Below are positions 46,501-55,625 of a DNA stretch of 60,790 bases, piece by piece (the stretch's first letter is position 1; each line of letters opens with the position of its first letter). The stretch lies in the IMG/VR virus record IMGVR_UViG_3300025018_000166, positions 1 through 60,790 of that record; one strand, given 5' to 3'. This DNA is from a virus. Its lineage: Duplodnaviria > Caudoviricetes. The notes beneath the pieces were generated by a model. That model had not been told where the DNA came from, did not search any database, and saw nothing but the letters and a program-made list of their open reading frames with translations. Position numbers and translations under genes: made by a program.

Positions 46501-49500
46501 GTCGCGGCGCTCAAGCGCCTCGCGTTCACCGACCGGCCGAACGACCCGTCGCTCGACCGCTTGCGCACGGACCTGCACGCCCTCTCCGGCGCCGAAACCG
46601 ACGTGAGCCTGAGCCTCGCGGCGGCGAAGAAGCGGAACGCGCGCAACCGGGCGGGCCTGAACGTCAAGGACGCACGCGCCATCGTCAAGAAGCAGATCGC
46701 CGCGGTCGCCTCGAAGCACGCGGGCCTCCTCACCCAGCCGCGCGCGGAAGCCGCCGCACCCGATCCGGCACCGCGCGTGCCCGCCGAACCCCGGCCGCGC
46801 GCGGAAGCCAGCCAGCCTGAAGGCTTCGAGGACGTCGGCACCGTCATCCCGTACAGCCGCAAGGAGATCGCCGCGCTCCGGCAACGCGTCAACGACGGCG
46901 GTCACGTCAGCCGCGCGGACCTCGACCGCTTGGAGCAGAGCGGAGGCGGTGTCGCGGAGAAGATGTTGACCCGCAACGGGATCGTCGGCAGCCGTCTCGC
47001 GGATCCGCGCGCGCTCGGCATGAGTCCCGGCGCCGCGTACCTCGTCCGCAACCTCATGGGCCGCATCAACACGCACCCCAAGAAGTCCACGACCGAAACG
47101 CGCGACACGTTCTACCGCCTCGTGAACCGGATCGCGGACGCGTTCGCGCAGGTGCGCACCACGAACGACATCAAGGGCGTCCTCGGCGAGATCGCCGCCG
47201 AGTACGGCGACGTGTACGAGGGCTTGCGGATCGGCATGCGGTACGGGGGAGTCCTCCGGGAAGCGAGGAAGGGCGAACGCACCATCGAGGAAGTCAAGCA
47301 GGAGATGGGCGCCGAGAACTATGACAAGTACGTGAACGGCGCCGCGCGGTACAGCGAACTCGAAACGCTCGGCCCCAAGTTCCTCGACGCCGCCGGACTC
47401 TCATCTGGATACGCGCCCTACAACACGCCCAACGCCCCGCACCTGTTCAGCCACAAACTCACGTCCGCGCTGCACAAGGCGTACGACCACGACCACAACC
47501 AGGACTGGACGTGGCTGTACGGCGACGGCACCGAGAAGGAAGCCGGCGACGACCCGAAGCCCGAGCCGAAGTCCGAAACGCCGAAGTGGGAGCGCACCGG
47601 CAACGAGGAAGCCATCCGCGAGGGCGGACAGATCAAGCAGTTCGACTCGCAAGCCCTCTTGGACACGTTCGGCATCGCGGGCGTTCAGTACGGCAACTAC
47701 ATGGACGAAGCCGCCTCGCGGGAGCACACGCAGCGCGCCGGTGAAGCCCTCCTCGACCTCGCGGACGTGCTCGGCATCGACCCGAAGCACGTGAGCATGA
47801 ACGGGCGCCTGAGCATCGCGTTCGGCGCGCGCGGCAACGGCGCAGGCAAGGCGCACTACGAACCCGCGACGACCGCGATCAACATGACGAAGTTTGCGGG
47901 TGGCGGCAGCCTCGCGCACGAGTGGGGCCACTTCCTCGACAACCTGCTCACGCGGTACGCCACGAACTTCGAGGGCGGCCACAACTCGTTCGCCAGCGCC
48001 GACCTGCACGAGCAGGTCGAAGGCGAAGGCACGCGGCGGCGAGGTCGCCGCGGACGCCTCGCGGCTCGCCGCAGCGCGGGCGGGTACGAGCCTTTGGGCG
48101 AGCACCTGCCGCCCGCCGCGCAAACCGCGCTCGAACGCGTCCACCACCTACTGTTCACGCACAAAGAGCCGTTCACGTACCGCCAAAGCGTCGAGTCCGG
48201 GCCGCTCCAGCCGCACGATCCGAAACTCGCCCGGAGCCTCCTGAGCCGGTACCTGAACCCGGATGGCACACCGAAAGGCGACCTCGTCGCCGACATCGTC
48301 GCGAACGCTCGCCAACGCATCGAGCGGTACGGCCTCGCGCCGGAAGAAGCGATGAAGAAGATCGCCGCCGACCTTCCGTTCGCCGCCGTGCTGCTCGGCA
48401 AGCCGGTCACGGCCGATCTGGAATGGGTCCAACAAGAGAACCCGATGCGCGCCGCCGCCGAGAGCATGGCGAAGTCGAAGAAGAACTACTGGGCGCGCCC
48501 GGAGGAGATGTTCGCGCGCGCGTTCGAGTCCTACGTCAGCGACAAGGTCGAAGCCGGTGGGCGTCGGAACACGTACCTCGTCAGCGGCGTCAACAAGGAC
48601 GCCGCCGCGAAGTGGTCCCGCGAGAACCGCCACAAGGATCAGGTCGGCGGCTACCGCGCGCTCTACCCCCTCGGCAAGCAACGCGAATCCCTCAACGAAG
48701 CCTTCGACGCGCTGCTCGCCGCACTCCGCGAAGACCAGACGTTCCAGAAGGCCCTCGACGCATGGGGCAGCATCGGAGAGGACATGAAGCGCCTACCGCC
48801 CCTCGCGGGCACGTTCCAAGACCTGCTCGCGAAGGCCGCGGAGCAGCACAGCATGTTCGGGCAGCCGAACCCGGACCTGATCGCCGTCAAGAAGCAGGTG
48901 CGCCGCAAGGACGGGGTGCACACGCAGACCTTCCACGTGAAGCGCGACGAAGCCCCGGCGCCCGCGAAGCAGACGAGCATGTTCGACACGCCCGCCCCAG
49001 CGCCGAAGCCCGCGCCACCGAAACCGACCCCGGCGCCCGTCGCGAAGCCGCAACCCAAACCCGCCGATCCGCTTGCGGACGGCCTGAAGGCCGTGCGGCG
49101 CGCCAGCGGGGACGTGCATCGCGCGCTGCGCAGCGCGTACAAGCGCGAGCCTACGCTGGACGACCTGAGCCACCGCAACCACCCGCCCGCGGTTCTCGCG
49201 GCGATGGACAAGCAGGCCGCTCTCCAGGACGCGTGGATCAACGCCGGTCCCCAGTACGACTTCCTCGATCCCGACGACCCGACCAAGACCCCGCTCGATA
49301 AGGACGGACTCAACGCGCTTCTGAGCCGCCCGAAACCCTCGCCGTGGGCCGCGACGCCACCCGCGGACGACGCCGAGCGCCGCGCGCAGCAACAGCGGGA
49401 CGCGGACGCGGCGCTCACCACGCGCGCGAAGGAAGACCCGACCACCGCGCGCAACTACGACGCGGGCGTGATCGAGTACACGAGCGAAACCGACCGCCGC

Positions 49501-51408
49501 AACGACGTCGAGTTGCGGTTGAAGCAGCGCGGGTGGCGCGACCCGGACGGTACGTGGAACGTGATCGTGGACGAACCGAACGTCGATGCCTCCACCATCG
49601 CCGTGCAACCCACCGCGCCGCTCAAGGTGTCGTTCGAGAGCAACCACCCGACCCGCGGCAAGACCACCCGCCGCATGAGCGTGGACGGGATCGTGCGGCG
49701 CCTTCGGGAGCACGCCGAACTCGCGCGGCGCGGCAAGGACGGCATCGACCCGATGCGCGCGCCAACCGATCCGAAGAAGGCGGAAGCGGAAGCGCGCGCG
49801 TACGAGCAGTTCGCGAACCGCGTGCACTTCGCCGGGCAATCGCAGAACGCGTACATTCGCGACCAGCGCACGAAGGCGGCGATCACCAGCGCCATCCGCG
49901 ACGCGACCGGCAGGCCGAACATCGACCCCGACGAGGTCGAATGGTGGGGCGACCACAACGCCTTCACGGTCGTGATCCCCGACGCCGCCAAAGGCTTCAC
50001 GCCGGACCTTGCGCACTACGGCGCGCCACGCGACGCCATCGCCCTCCACGCCCGCGTGGACGGCGACGGCCACCTCGACGGCGTGCGCTTCACCACCGGC
50101 CGCGACCGCGGCGATCTGATCCCGCAACTGCGCGCCGCGACCGCGTCGAAGCGTTCGCCCGCCGCCGCGGAATGGCTCGAACGCTTCGAGCGCGTGACCG
50201 CATCCCGGCAGGCATCCGAACGCGACCTCGTGGACTCCCTCAACAGCGCCGCGCCGAGCACCGGCGACGTCAAGGCGGCGCTCGCCAGCGAACTCGATGC
50301 CGCGGGCGGCTCGATCCCCGTCGCGTTCGAGAACGCCCTGCGTCGCTACCACCCGAAGGCGGGCCTCAAGCGCGCCGTCGGCCGGTACGCGAGCCTGTTC
50401 GGGAACCCGGAGCACATGGGTCGCGAACCCGGCGACGTCCTCGCCAGCCTCAGCGACAGCGAACGCGAACGCGCCCTCGCGCTCAACGTCGCGCTGGAGG
50501 GGAGCACGAACCGGCACGGCGGAACCGCCGCCATGACCCGCGAAGGCTTCCTGGACGTCACGAAGTCGCTCGGCCAACTCGCGACGAAGAACCTCCAGTA
50601 CGGCCACGCCTTCGACGGCATCCTCATCGCGAGCACCGGCGATCAGGTCGTGGTCGGCGCCACAGACGGCTTCAGCCTCCGCGCGAACCGCACCGCCACC
50701 ACCACCACCGGACCCATCGGCGCGTGGTCGATCCCCTCCGCGGCGGTGCGCGAGTTTGCGAAGGCCGCCAAGTCCGCCCCGAAGGGCGCGCACCTCCAGT
50801 TCGAGTGCCGCATCAAGGCGACCGGCACCAGGGACGACCACACGCACACGGCCGCGACGTTCGTCCTCAGCCACGACGGCAACGAACTCGCCTCGTACGA
50901 GTACCAGAACCCCGAGAAGCCGAGCAGCCCCGAACGTGGGTACCCGGACTTCGCGGGCCTCGACGTCACGAGCGCCGCCGCGGAACGCGACGTGCCGATG
51001 AAGGGCAAGCCGCCCGCGGTGATCAAGCAGACGCCGCAGGAGCGCAAGGACGATCCGAACGTGCGCCGCGACCTGCACCTGAGCGACGACGGCAGCATCG
51101 ACCTCCGGCCGTTCACGGAGGAGAACACGAACGACCGCTCGTTCGTCGGCGCCTTCAACGCCAAGTACGTCACCGACGCCCTCAACGCCGCTGGACCGGG
51201 CGCGCACCTGCACCCGCTACCCGGCAGCGGCACCACGCCATCGAACCTGCGCATCACCCACCCGAACGGCTTCCGATGCGTCATCGTCGGCCTGCGCACC
51301 GAACGGAACGAGCGCACCGTCGCGAAAGCCGCCGAACCCGGCCCGGTCATGGCCGCGCTCGACGCCGTACTCAAGCGCCTCGGCATCACCCTGGAGGGTC
51401 ACGCATGA
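43510..51408 (+). CDS. giant polyvalent protein (LPD1/zincin-like region, DarA-like) with a C-terminal clamp-like domain
   Basis: GVQYGN..DLADVLG..LSIAFGARG..AHYEP..SLAHEWGHFLDN, YWARPEEMFARAFESYV; ATDG..YPDF..FNAKYV; TAGGGT-6 nt-ATG. Confidence 0.85.
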   Translation: MTRALTDVFRTLIAKATEQPPLFGGSTKDNPNLVATKKVVRRKDGVHIQTFYERRAQGAAPAKQGGMFDTPPATPPVPKPEAPAPAPAPKPATAPTAPQAGMFEEPKPAAPKPEPAAPAAPSLQDRLERARALGREAQAAGLGSAPALNPAVADLWRGLPHKELMAVMGAYTRAWTEAMVAAPMPDDMREFQPLRAHESASTPAEKAGNEAVLLLEQIGKSLDANLLDLLTTDVRKDFHLKIENPKGTGEILDVQRSGADLTLGVYRTNGDLDASMRLRAAPDGTLMHRATTVMTVGDPHPYQSNDANMARHLIMGMRMDGYTDVARKHVSGPSANALPTPPEAAPPEKWHLTSKAEYRKIALARVQERLRNGDTVQLPGQPPRVFRGAQHADSFRMHNGSAQVQIGAKWAAVVDDDLTSMAGMPPQYRLNLEAQEAVDRGEDVPEHVRKDRGALTADEQATRDREDADAEEAENLLHDRWVEHVEKHHKGDYGAAIDAQDAAGFTGGLKDRAAYLEWHANQPKALAGASYLDNALASYTHQGGRMREPVNPKTQYVYASTLRPLGSWASRLRPLLTNEAAEIVDSPDGRKRGEAAHSYVFSDVPLDDDTQAAYELTPVAEPTEDPERGSEGDTRTIDGVTYTLRKSNGGAGPLRWMREDETASAEEAAAPDEDAAPAAKRTSTDIRDEGRRAIAERDRLISAGQKVPADLTERIEALRKEWVATDYEDEPTPDGDAEESATPDPLRDNLAGARPGGDAGDMFDEVVEELRNDFPTIGAIQGKTPADAKAAVAANVADIALRVRRWMGRRADAGDIHKDALNEMLAWHDHQIADGWKTFADAYVTGWRKDLPEGTRLDHPDEDEDAAMQSRDDFLLSVAEAMEDQPEDAPITDDERAVFAQPGVANAEAVKVLVKPLAGGEAPGPRARALLAERFGTGAIAASQLDLLLGMIGVTKKVASGAKSRLRGKAAFTWDDLAGALKEAGATANAEQEAKRTVAALKRLAFTDRPNDPSLDRLRTDLHALSGAETDVSLSLAAAKKRNARNRAGLNVKDARAIVKKQIAAVASKHAGLLTQPRAEAAAPDPAPRVPAEPRPRAEASQPEGFEDVGTVIPYSRKEIAALRQRVNDGGHVSRADLDRLEQSGGGVAEKMLTRNGIVGSRLADPRALGMSPGAAYLVRNLMGRINTHPKKSTTETRDTFYRLVNRIADAFAQVRTTNDIKGVLGEIAAEYGDVYEGLRIGMRYGGVLREARKGERTIEEVKQEMGAENYDKYVNGAARYSELETLGPKFLDAAGLSSGYAPYNTPNAPHLFSHKLTSALHKAYDHDHNQDWTWLYGDGTEKEAGDDPKPEPKSETPKWERTGNEEAIREGGQIKQFDSQALLDTFGIAGVQYGNYMDEAASREHTQRAGEALLDLADVLGIDPKHVSMNGRLSIAFGARGNGAGKAHYEPATTAINMTKFAGGGSLAHEWGHFLDNLLTRYATNFEGGHNSFASADLHEQVEGEGTRRRGRRGRLAARRSAGGYEPLGEHLPPAAQTALERVHHLLFTHKEPFTYRQSVESGPLQPHDPKLARSLLSRYLNPDGTPKGDLVADIVANARQRIERYGLAPEEAMKKIAADLPFAAVLLGKPVTADLEWVQQENPMRAAAESMAKSKKNYWARPEEMFARAFESYVSDKVEAGGRRNTYLVSGVNKDAAAKWSRENRHKDQVGGYRALYPLGKQRESLNEAFDALLAALREDQTFQKALDAWGSIGEDMKRLPPLAGTFQDLLAKAAEQHSMFGQPNPDLIAVKKQVRRKDGVHTQTFHVKRDEAPAPAKQTSMFDTPAPAPKPAPPKPTPAPVAKPQPKPADPLADGLKAVRRASGDVHRALRSAYKREPTLDDLSHRNHPPAVLAAMDKQAALQDAWINAGPQYDFLDPDDPTKTPLDKDGLNALLSRPKPSPWAATPPADDAERRAQQQRDADAALTTRAKEDPTTARNYDAGVIEYTSETDRRNDVELRLKQRGWRDPDGTWNVIVDEPNVDASTIAVQPTAPLKVSFESNHPTRGKTTRRMSVDGIVRRLREHAELARRGKDGIDPMRAPTDPKKAEAEARAYEQFANRVHFAGQSQNAYIRDQRTKAAITSAIRDATGRPNIDPDEVEWWGDHNAFTVVIPDAAKGFTPDLAHYGAPRDAIALHARVDGDGHLDGVRFTTGRDRGDLIPQLRAATASKRSPAAAEWLERFERVTASRQASERDLVDSLNSAAPSTGDVKAALASELDAAGGSIPVAFENALRRYHPKAGLKRAVGRYASLFGNPEHMGREPGDVLASLSDSERERALALNVALEGSTNRHGGTAAMTREGFLDVTKSLGQLATKNLQYGHAFDGILIASTGDQVVVGATDGFSLRANRTATTTTGPIGAWSIPSAAVREFAKAAKSAPKGAHLQFECRIKATGTRDDHTHTAATFVLSHDGNELASYEYQNPEKPSSPERGYPDFAGLDVTSAAAERDVPMKGKPPAVIKQTPQERKDDPNVRRDLHLSDDGSIDLRPFTEENTNDRSFVGAFNAKYVTDALNAAGPGAHLHPLPGSGTTPSNLRITHPNGFRCVIVGLRTERNERTVAKAAEPGPVMAALDAVLKRLGITLEGHA

Positions 51409-52034
51409 CCATCGCCCGCGCCGCCAAGTTCGTCCTCACCCTGCCATCCGGCGCGAAGGCACCCGCCGTGTTCGCGGCGCCGCCCGCGCCATCCCGGAAG
51501 CCCGCAGCGCCCGCCGCTACCGTCGCCGCGGCACCCGTGACGCCGTCGATCTCGCGGCCCGCGCCCGCCGAGGTCGGCGCGTTCGCGGACGCCGTCGCCG
51601 CCCTCGCGAACGGTCGCCGCGTCCGCATGATCGCGAAGGCGTTCAGCACCCGCACCGGCGCGGACGGCAAGGAAGAAATCCAGTACCGACCGAAGAAGCG
51701 CCTCGACATGCGCATGGGGCCAACGCACACGCCGCCGAGCAAAATCCCGCAATCCGTCGCCGTTCACGAGAAGCACATGGGCGGCGTACGCAAGCACGAC
51801 TTCACGTTCACGCCCGACACCAACCACGGGTACGACAACGTCGTGCACGTCGTCCACCACAACGGCAAGCGCATCGGCCGCGTGTCCGCAGGAGCGCACG
51901 GCGCCGTCGCGCGCCTCGACGCGAGCCAGCACACGCACCGGCACGCGCGTCCCGCCGAAGCGATCCACAACATGCTCCACGAGCACTTCCACGAGCACCA
52001 CGCGGGCGAAGCGAAACAGGAGAAGATGTTCTAG
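51405..52034 (+). CDS. head-associated hypothetical protein
   Basis: ATGA overlap; IAKA motif; His-rich C-terminal half ending QEKMF. Confidence 0.7.
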   Translation: MTIARAAKFVLTLPSGAKAPAVFAAPPAPSRKPAAPAATVAAAPVTPSISRPAPAEVGAFADAVAALANGRRVRMIAKAFSTRTGADGKEEIQYRPKKRLDMRMGPTHTPPSKIPQSVAVHEKHMGGVRKHDFTFTPDTNHGYDNVVHVVHHNGKRIGRVSAGAHGAVARLDASQHTHRHARPAEAIHNMLHEHFHEHHAGEAKQEKMF

Positions 52035-52049
52035 CCGCACCGACCACCC

Positions 52050-52078
52050 CGCGCCCCCGGCCTACCGCCGGGGGCGCG
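52050..52078 (+). terminator. GC hairpin
   Basis: 12-bp stem cgcgcccccggc/gccgggggcgcg. Confidence 0.55.
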
Positions 52079-52114
52079 CTCGTGTGCTACCCCACGCGCC
52101 GCTACCGTGAGAGC

Positions 52115-53026
52115 GTGCTGCACACCGTCCCCGATCAACCCCTGAGCATCAGCATCGGCATGCTCGCGAAGGCGGAACTCGCGAGCGGCGGACGCCGGTA
52201 CGTCTACTTCGAGACTTCCCGCGAGGGCGTCACGGACCGCCAAGGCGAGGACATCGCCGCCAGCGCGCTATGGGCGTCCCGCGACCTGTTCCTCACGCAA
52301 GGCAACCTCGACCTCAACCACTGGTCGTGGCTTGGGAACCCGTACGGCAGCGGCGCCCGGCCCGAGTACGTGATCGGCCTGCCCGTGGACGTGAAGCGCA
52401 CCGGCAAGAGCATCTACGTCAAGGGCGAGGTGTTCGGGAACAAGACCCCGCCCCCCGAGGATCACATCGGGCACTGGGCGGATCAGTTCTGGCACTCGAT
52501 CACCGCCATGCGGCCCGCGCAACGCTGGTACCCGAGCGTGTTCGGCAGCGTGAAACCGAACGGGTGGCGCACCGAGCAGCGCGGCGGCAAGACGATCCGC
52601 TTCATGACCGCCGTGGACTGGTACTCGGTCGGCTTCGCGCAACGCGCGCAGCATCCGACGCTTCCGCCCGTCAGCACCAGCCCGCTCGGATCGTTCGCGA
52701 AAGCGGACGGCCTCGTGCAACCCGTCCACCTCACCGACTGGGGCACGTTCGCGAAGGCCCTCGCCGTCGGCGCACCCGTCACCGACAGCGCCGCCAAGGT
52801 CGGCGTGCAAGCCGTCACGCCCGAGAGCCTGGAAGGGAGCAAGCGCGCGCACCGCGCGTACGAGGACGTGCACGGCGACGTCCTCAAGGACGTGCTGCGC
52901 CGCATCGTGCCTGCCCGCAGGGAAGCCATCGCGAAGGCGTTCATGGCGCGCGGCTGCGACGAGTTCACCGCCGCCGCGTACGCACACCGCCTCCTCACCG
53001 ACGCCGCCCGCGACTGGAACGGGTGA
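52115..53026 (+). CDS. prohead protease
   Basis: S.E..DRQGE.I, GNLDLNH, VIGLP, YVKGE, PSVFG; lies upstream of scaffold and capsid; TACCGT-6 nt-GTG. Confidence 0.75.
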   Translation: MLHTVPDQPLSISIGMLAKAELASGGRRYVYFETSREGVTDRQGEDIAASALWASRDLFLTQGNLDLNHWSWLGNPYGSGARPEYVIGLPVDVKRTGKSIYVKGEVFGNKTPPPEDHIGHWADQFWHSITAMRPAQRWYPSVFGSVKPNGWRTEQRGGKTIRFMTAVDWYSVGFAQRAQHPTLPPVSTSPLGSFAKADGLVQPVHLTDWGTFAKALAVGAPVTDSAAKVGVQAVTPESLEGSKRAHRAYEDVHGDVLKDVLRRIVPARREAIAKAFMARGCDEFTAAAYAHRLLTDAARDWNG

Positions 53027-53110
53027 CGCCGGTTTGCTCACCGCGCACGCCACTACGGTCACTCGTAGACCACCCGGCCCCATCGGGCCGATCACACGGA
53101 AGGAGCACGC

Positions 53111-53299
53111 ATGCCTCTAGACCTCAAACGCATCGAGCGCATCGGTGGCCCCGGCAGCAGCGACCTCAAGGACTTCCTGCGCGACCTCGCGGTCGCGGTC
53201 GCGGACTTGCAGACGGCGCACGACACGCACGAGCACACCGCGCTCGACACCGCCCCGACCGTGTTGACCACGGTCGATGCGCCGACCACCACCGGCTAA
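53111..53299 (+). CDS. small structural-region protein
   Basis: AAGGAG RBS. Confidence 0.65.
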   Translation: MPLDLKRIERIGGPGSSDLKDFLRDLAVAVADLQTAHDTHEHTALDTAPTVLTTVDAPTTTG

Positions 53300-53316
53300 C
53301 CCCAGGAAGGAGCCGC

Positions 53317-54033
53317 ATGAGCAAGCCACGCACGAATCACCCGAGCGATGACGAGTTGACGGCAGGCGAAGAAGCCCTCGCGAACGCCGCCGACCTCATC
53401 GCCAAAGCCGCCGACGGCGACCTCGACGCCGACTTCGGCGACTACGACAAGGCCGCCGCCGCCAGCGCCGAACCCGACGAGGACGAGGACGAAGAAGGCG
53501 GCGACGCCACCGACGAAGCCCTCGAAGGCGACGACATCGAAGCCGCCATGGGCGACGACGAGGACGACGAGGACGAGGACGAGGACGAGGCGCCCGAGGG
53601 TGCCGGAGGCGACATGCCGTTCGCGAAGGCCGACGAGGTCGTGGTCGATGCGTTGCCGCTCCTTCAGAGCATCGACGCGCATTTCGCCGCGCTCCGCGAG
53701 GAACTGACGACCCTGCGCACGCAGAACCGCGCGATGCTCAGCATCGCCAAAGCGCAGCAGGCCGCCATCGGCCACTTCGCGAAAGCGAACGACGCCATCA
53801 GCGGCATGCCGACCACGCCCAAGAGCCAGCGCCCCGTCAAGGTCACGACCGCCGCGCCCGCCGCGCCCGCCCGCGACCTCAACACCCTGTTCGTCAAGGC
53901 GTCCGAGATCGTCAGCGATCCCGGCCGTTTCGGCGTCATCGAGCACTACTACAACCGCAAGGACGCCGAAGGCATGATCGGCGCCCTTCTCCCCGACGAG
54001 CGCGAACGCGTGCTCGCGACCCCAAAGGAGTGA
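53317..54033 (+). CDS. scaffold-like acidic/coiled-coil protein
   Basis: AAGGAG RBS; D/E tracts; four xAKA motifs; directly before the capsid gene. Confidence 0.7.
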   Translation: MSKPRTNHPSDDELTAGEEALANAADLIAKAADGDLDADFGDYDKAAAASAEPDEDEDEEGGDATDEALEGDDIEAAMGDDEDDEDEDEDEAPEGAGGDMPFAKADEVVVDALPLLQSIDAHFAALREELTTLRTQNRAMLSIAKAQQAAIGHFAKANDAISGMPTTPKSQRPVKVTTAAPAAPARDLNTLFVKASEIVSDPGRFGVIEHYYNRKDAEGMIGALLPDERERVLATPKE

Positions 54034-54039
54034 TGAACC

Positions 54040-55512
54040 GTGTTTGGACTTGGTGAGCACAACGTCATGGCGGGGCAAGGCATCCCCGCCGGTGGCATCT
54101 CCTCGTACGACGACTGGAACCAGTTCGCGAAGGCGGTCCAGACGTCCGGGTACGAGACGGACCACAGCACCCTCGAAGGCTCTCAGGCCCTTCGTGTGGA
54201 GAGCCTGGAAGGGCAACTCCGCAAGGTCATCGAGGCCGAACCGACCTTCAAGCTGTTCCGCGCGCTGAAGCGCCAGCCGGTCACGAGCGCCGTCCACGAG
54301 TGGACCGTGCAGACCGACATCGGCGGGCAGCCGGAAGGCGCGTTCAACTCCGAAATCGGGCCGATTGGCTCGAACGTCGGCCAGTACGAACGCAAGATCG
54401 TGTTCATCAAGTACCTCATGACGCAGGCTGCGATCAGCCACGTCGCGAGCGTGCAGAAGGGCATCGTCAACCTCAAGGCCGCGGAGAACACGAACGCGCT
54501 CCTGCGCCTCTCCCGAAGCGCGAACTGGGGCATGTACCACGGTGACAGCGCCGTGTCGCCGATGCAGTTCGACGGCCTCGCCGCGCAGATGGGCGCGTTC
54601 CGCGCCGGAACGCACGTCACCGACCTCGCCGGTTCCAGCGACGTCCAGGAACTCATCGACACCGTGTACGGGGCGTTCGCCCGCGTGATCGGCCTCGGCA
54701 ACTTCGGGAAGCTCACGCACATCCACATGGACCCGCAGATGCAGAACGCGTTCGACCGCGAACTCGATCCTGCGTACCGCGTGAACCTCGACAACAGCCC
54801 CGCGGGCATCCAGTACGGCTCGCCGGTGACGGGCATCCGCACCTCGTACGGGAACGTCGTCACCGAGCAGGACATCTGGATCAACAACAGCGACAACACC
54901 CTCCCGAACTACGCGCGCTACGGCAAGGTGCCGACCGACGCGCCGGGCGCGCCGACCGCCGCGGTCGCCGTCAGCGGCGGCGCCACTGCCGGAAGCGAGT
55001 TCACGGCCGAGAAGGGCGGCACGAGCCTGTTCTTCTACGTCGTGTGCGCCATCGACCAGCGCGGCGTGGAGAGCCTGCCGACCGCGGCGGCGTCCGCGAC
55101 CGCTCAGGTGGGCCGCAGCATCAACGTCACGATCACGCACAACGCCGACGGCCTCGCGACCGGGTACTCGGTCTACCGTTCGCGCGCCCTCGCCGGTGGC
55201 GCCGGTGCGCCGGACCTCAGCGACTACCGCCTCGTCAAGCGCATCCCCGCCGCGGTTGCCGCGACGACCGTGTACGCGGACCTGAACCTGGACATTCCCG
55301 GCGCCAGCCACGCGTTCCTCATGAACCGCGCGCCGGAGAGCATCGCGTGGGCGCAACTCCTGCCCGCCACGCAGTTCCCGCTCTACCCGACCAACGCGGC
55401 GATCATGCCGTGGGCGGTGCTGCTCTACGGCGCCCTCCAGGTCGTGATCCCCAACCACCACTTCGTCATCAAGGGCTTCGTTCCCGCCACCGCGCGGTGG
55501 AAGCCCTGGTGA
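54040..55512 (+). CDS. major capsid protein (SPO1/A511-like type)
   Basis: FAKA|VQTSGY..ALRVESLE, SAVHEW, YHGDS..QFDGL, AVLLYGAL. Confidence 0.88.
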   Translation: MFGLGEHNVMAGQGIPAGGISSYDDWNQFAKAVQTSGYETDHSTLEGSQALRVESLEGQLRKVIEAEPTFKLFRALKRQPVTSAVHEWTVQTDIGGQPEGAFNSEIGPIGSNVGQYERKIVFIKYLMTQAAISHVASVQKGIVNLKAAENTNALLRLSRSANWGMYHGDSAVSPMQFDGLAAQMGAFRAGTHVTDLAGSSDVQELIDTVYGAFARVIGLGNFGKLTHIHMDPQMQNAFDRELDPAYRVNLDNSPAGIQYGSPVTGIRTSYGNVVTEQDIWINNSDNTLPNYARYGKVPTDAPGAPTAAVAVSGGATAGSEFTAEKGGTSLFFYVVCAIDQRGVESLPTAAASATAQVGRSINVTITHNADGLATGYSVYRSRALAGGAGAPDLSDYRLVKRIPAAVAATTVYADLNLDIPGASHAFLMNRAPESIAWAQLLPATQFPLYPTNAAIMPWAVLLYGALQVVIPNHHFVIKGFVPATARWKPW

Positions 55513-55546
55513 GCCACCGGGCCTGACGGCCCGGCCTCCAAGAGCC

Positions 55547-55580
55547 ACCCCCCTCGCGTTGCGGAGCGCGAGGGGGGTTT
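55547..55580 (+). terminator. intrinsic terminator after the capsid gene
   Basis: GC stem ccccctcgcg/cgcgaggggg followed by ttt. Confidence 0.7.
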
Positions 55581-55625
55581 CCCTTGCCACCCCCGAACCG
55601 TTCACGATAGGGGATGGAGGTACGC

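Noticed and set aside
43264-47076. Very long minus-strand ORFs (also 7611-9632, 36370-39231, 48793-51213, 53296-55605, and plus-strand 20374-22167)
   Set aside because: Antisense shadows of GC3-biased genes with no recognisable motifs or start signals, unlike 33708-34394, which has a coherent HNH domain and a -10 box
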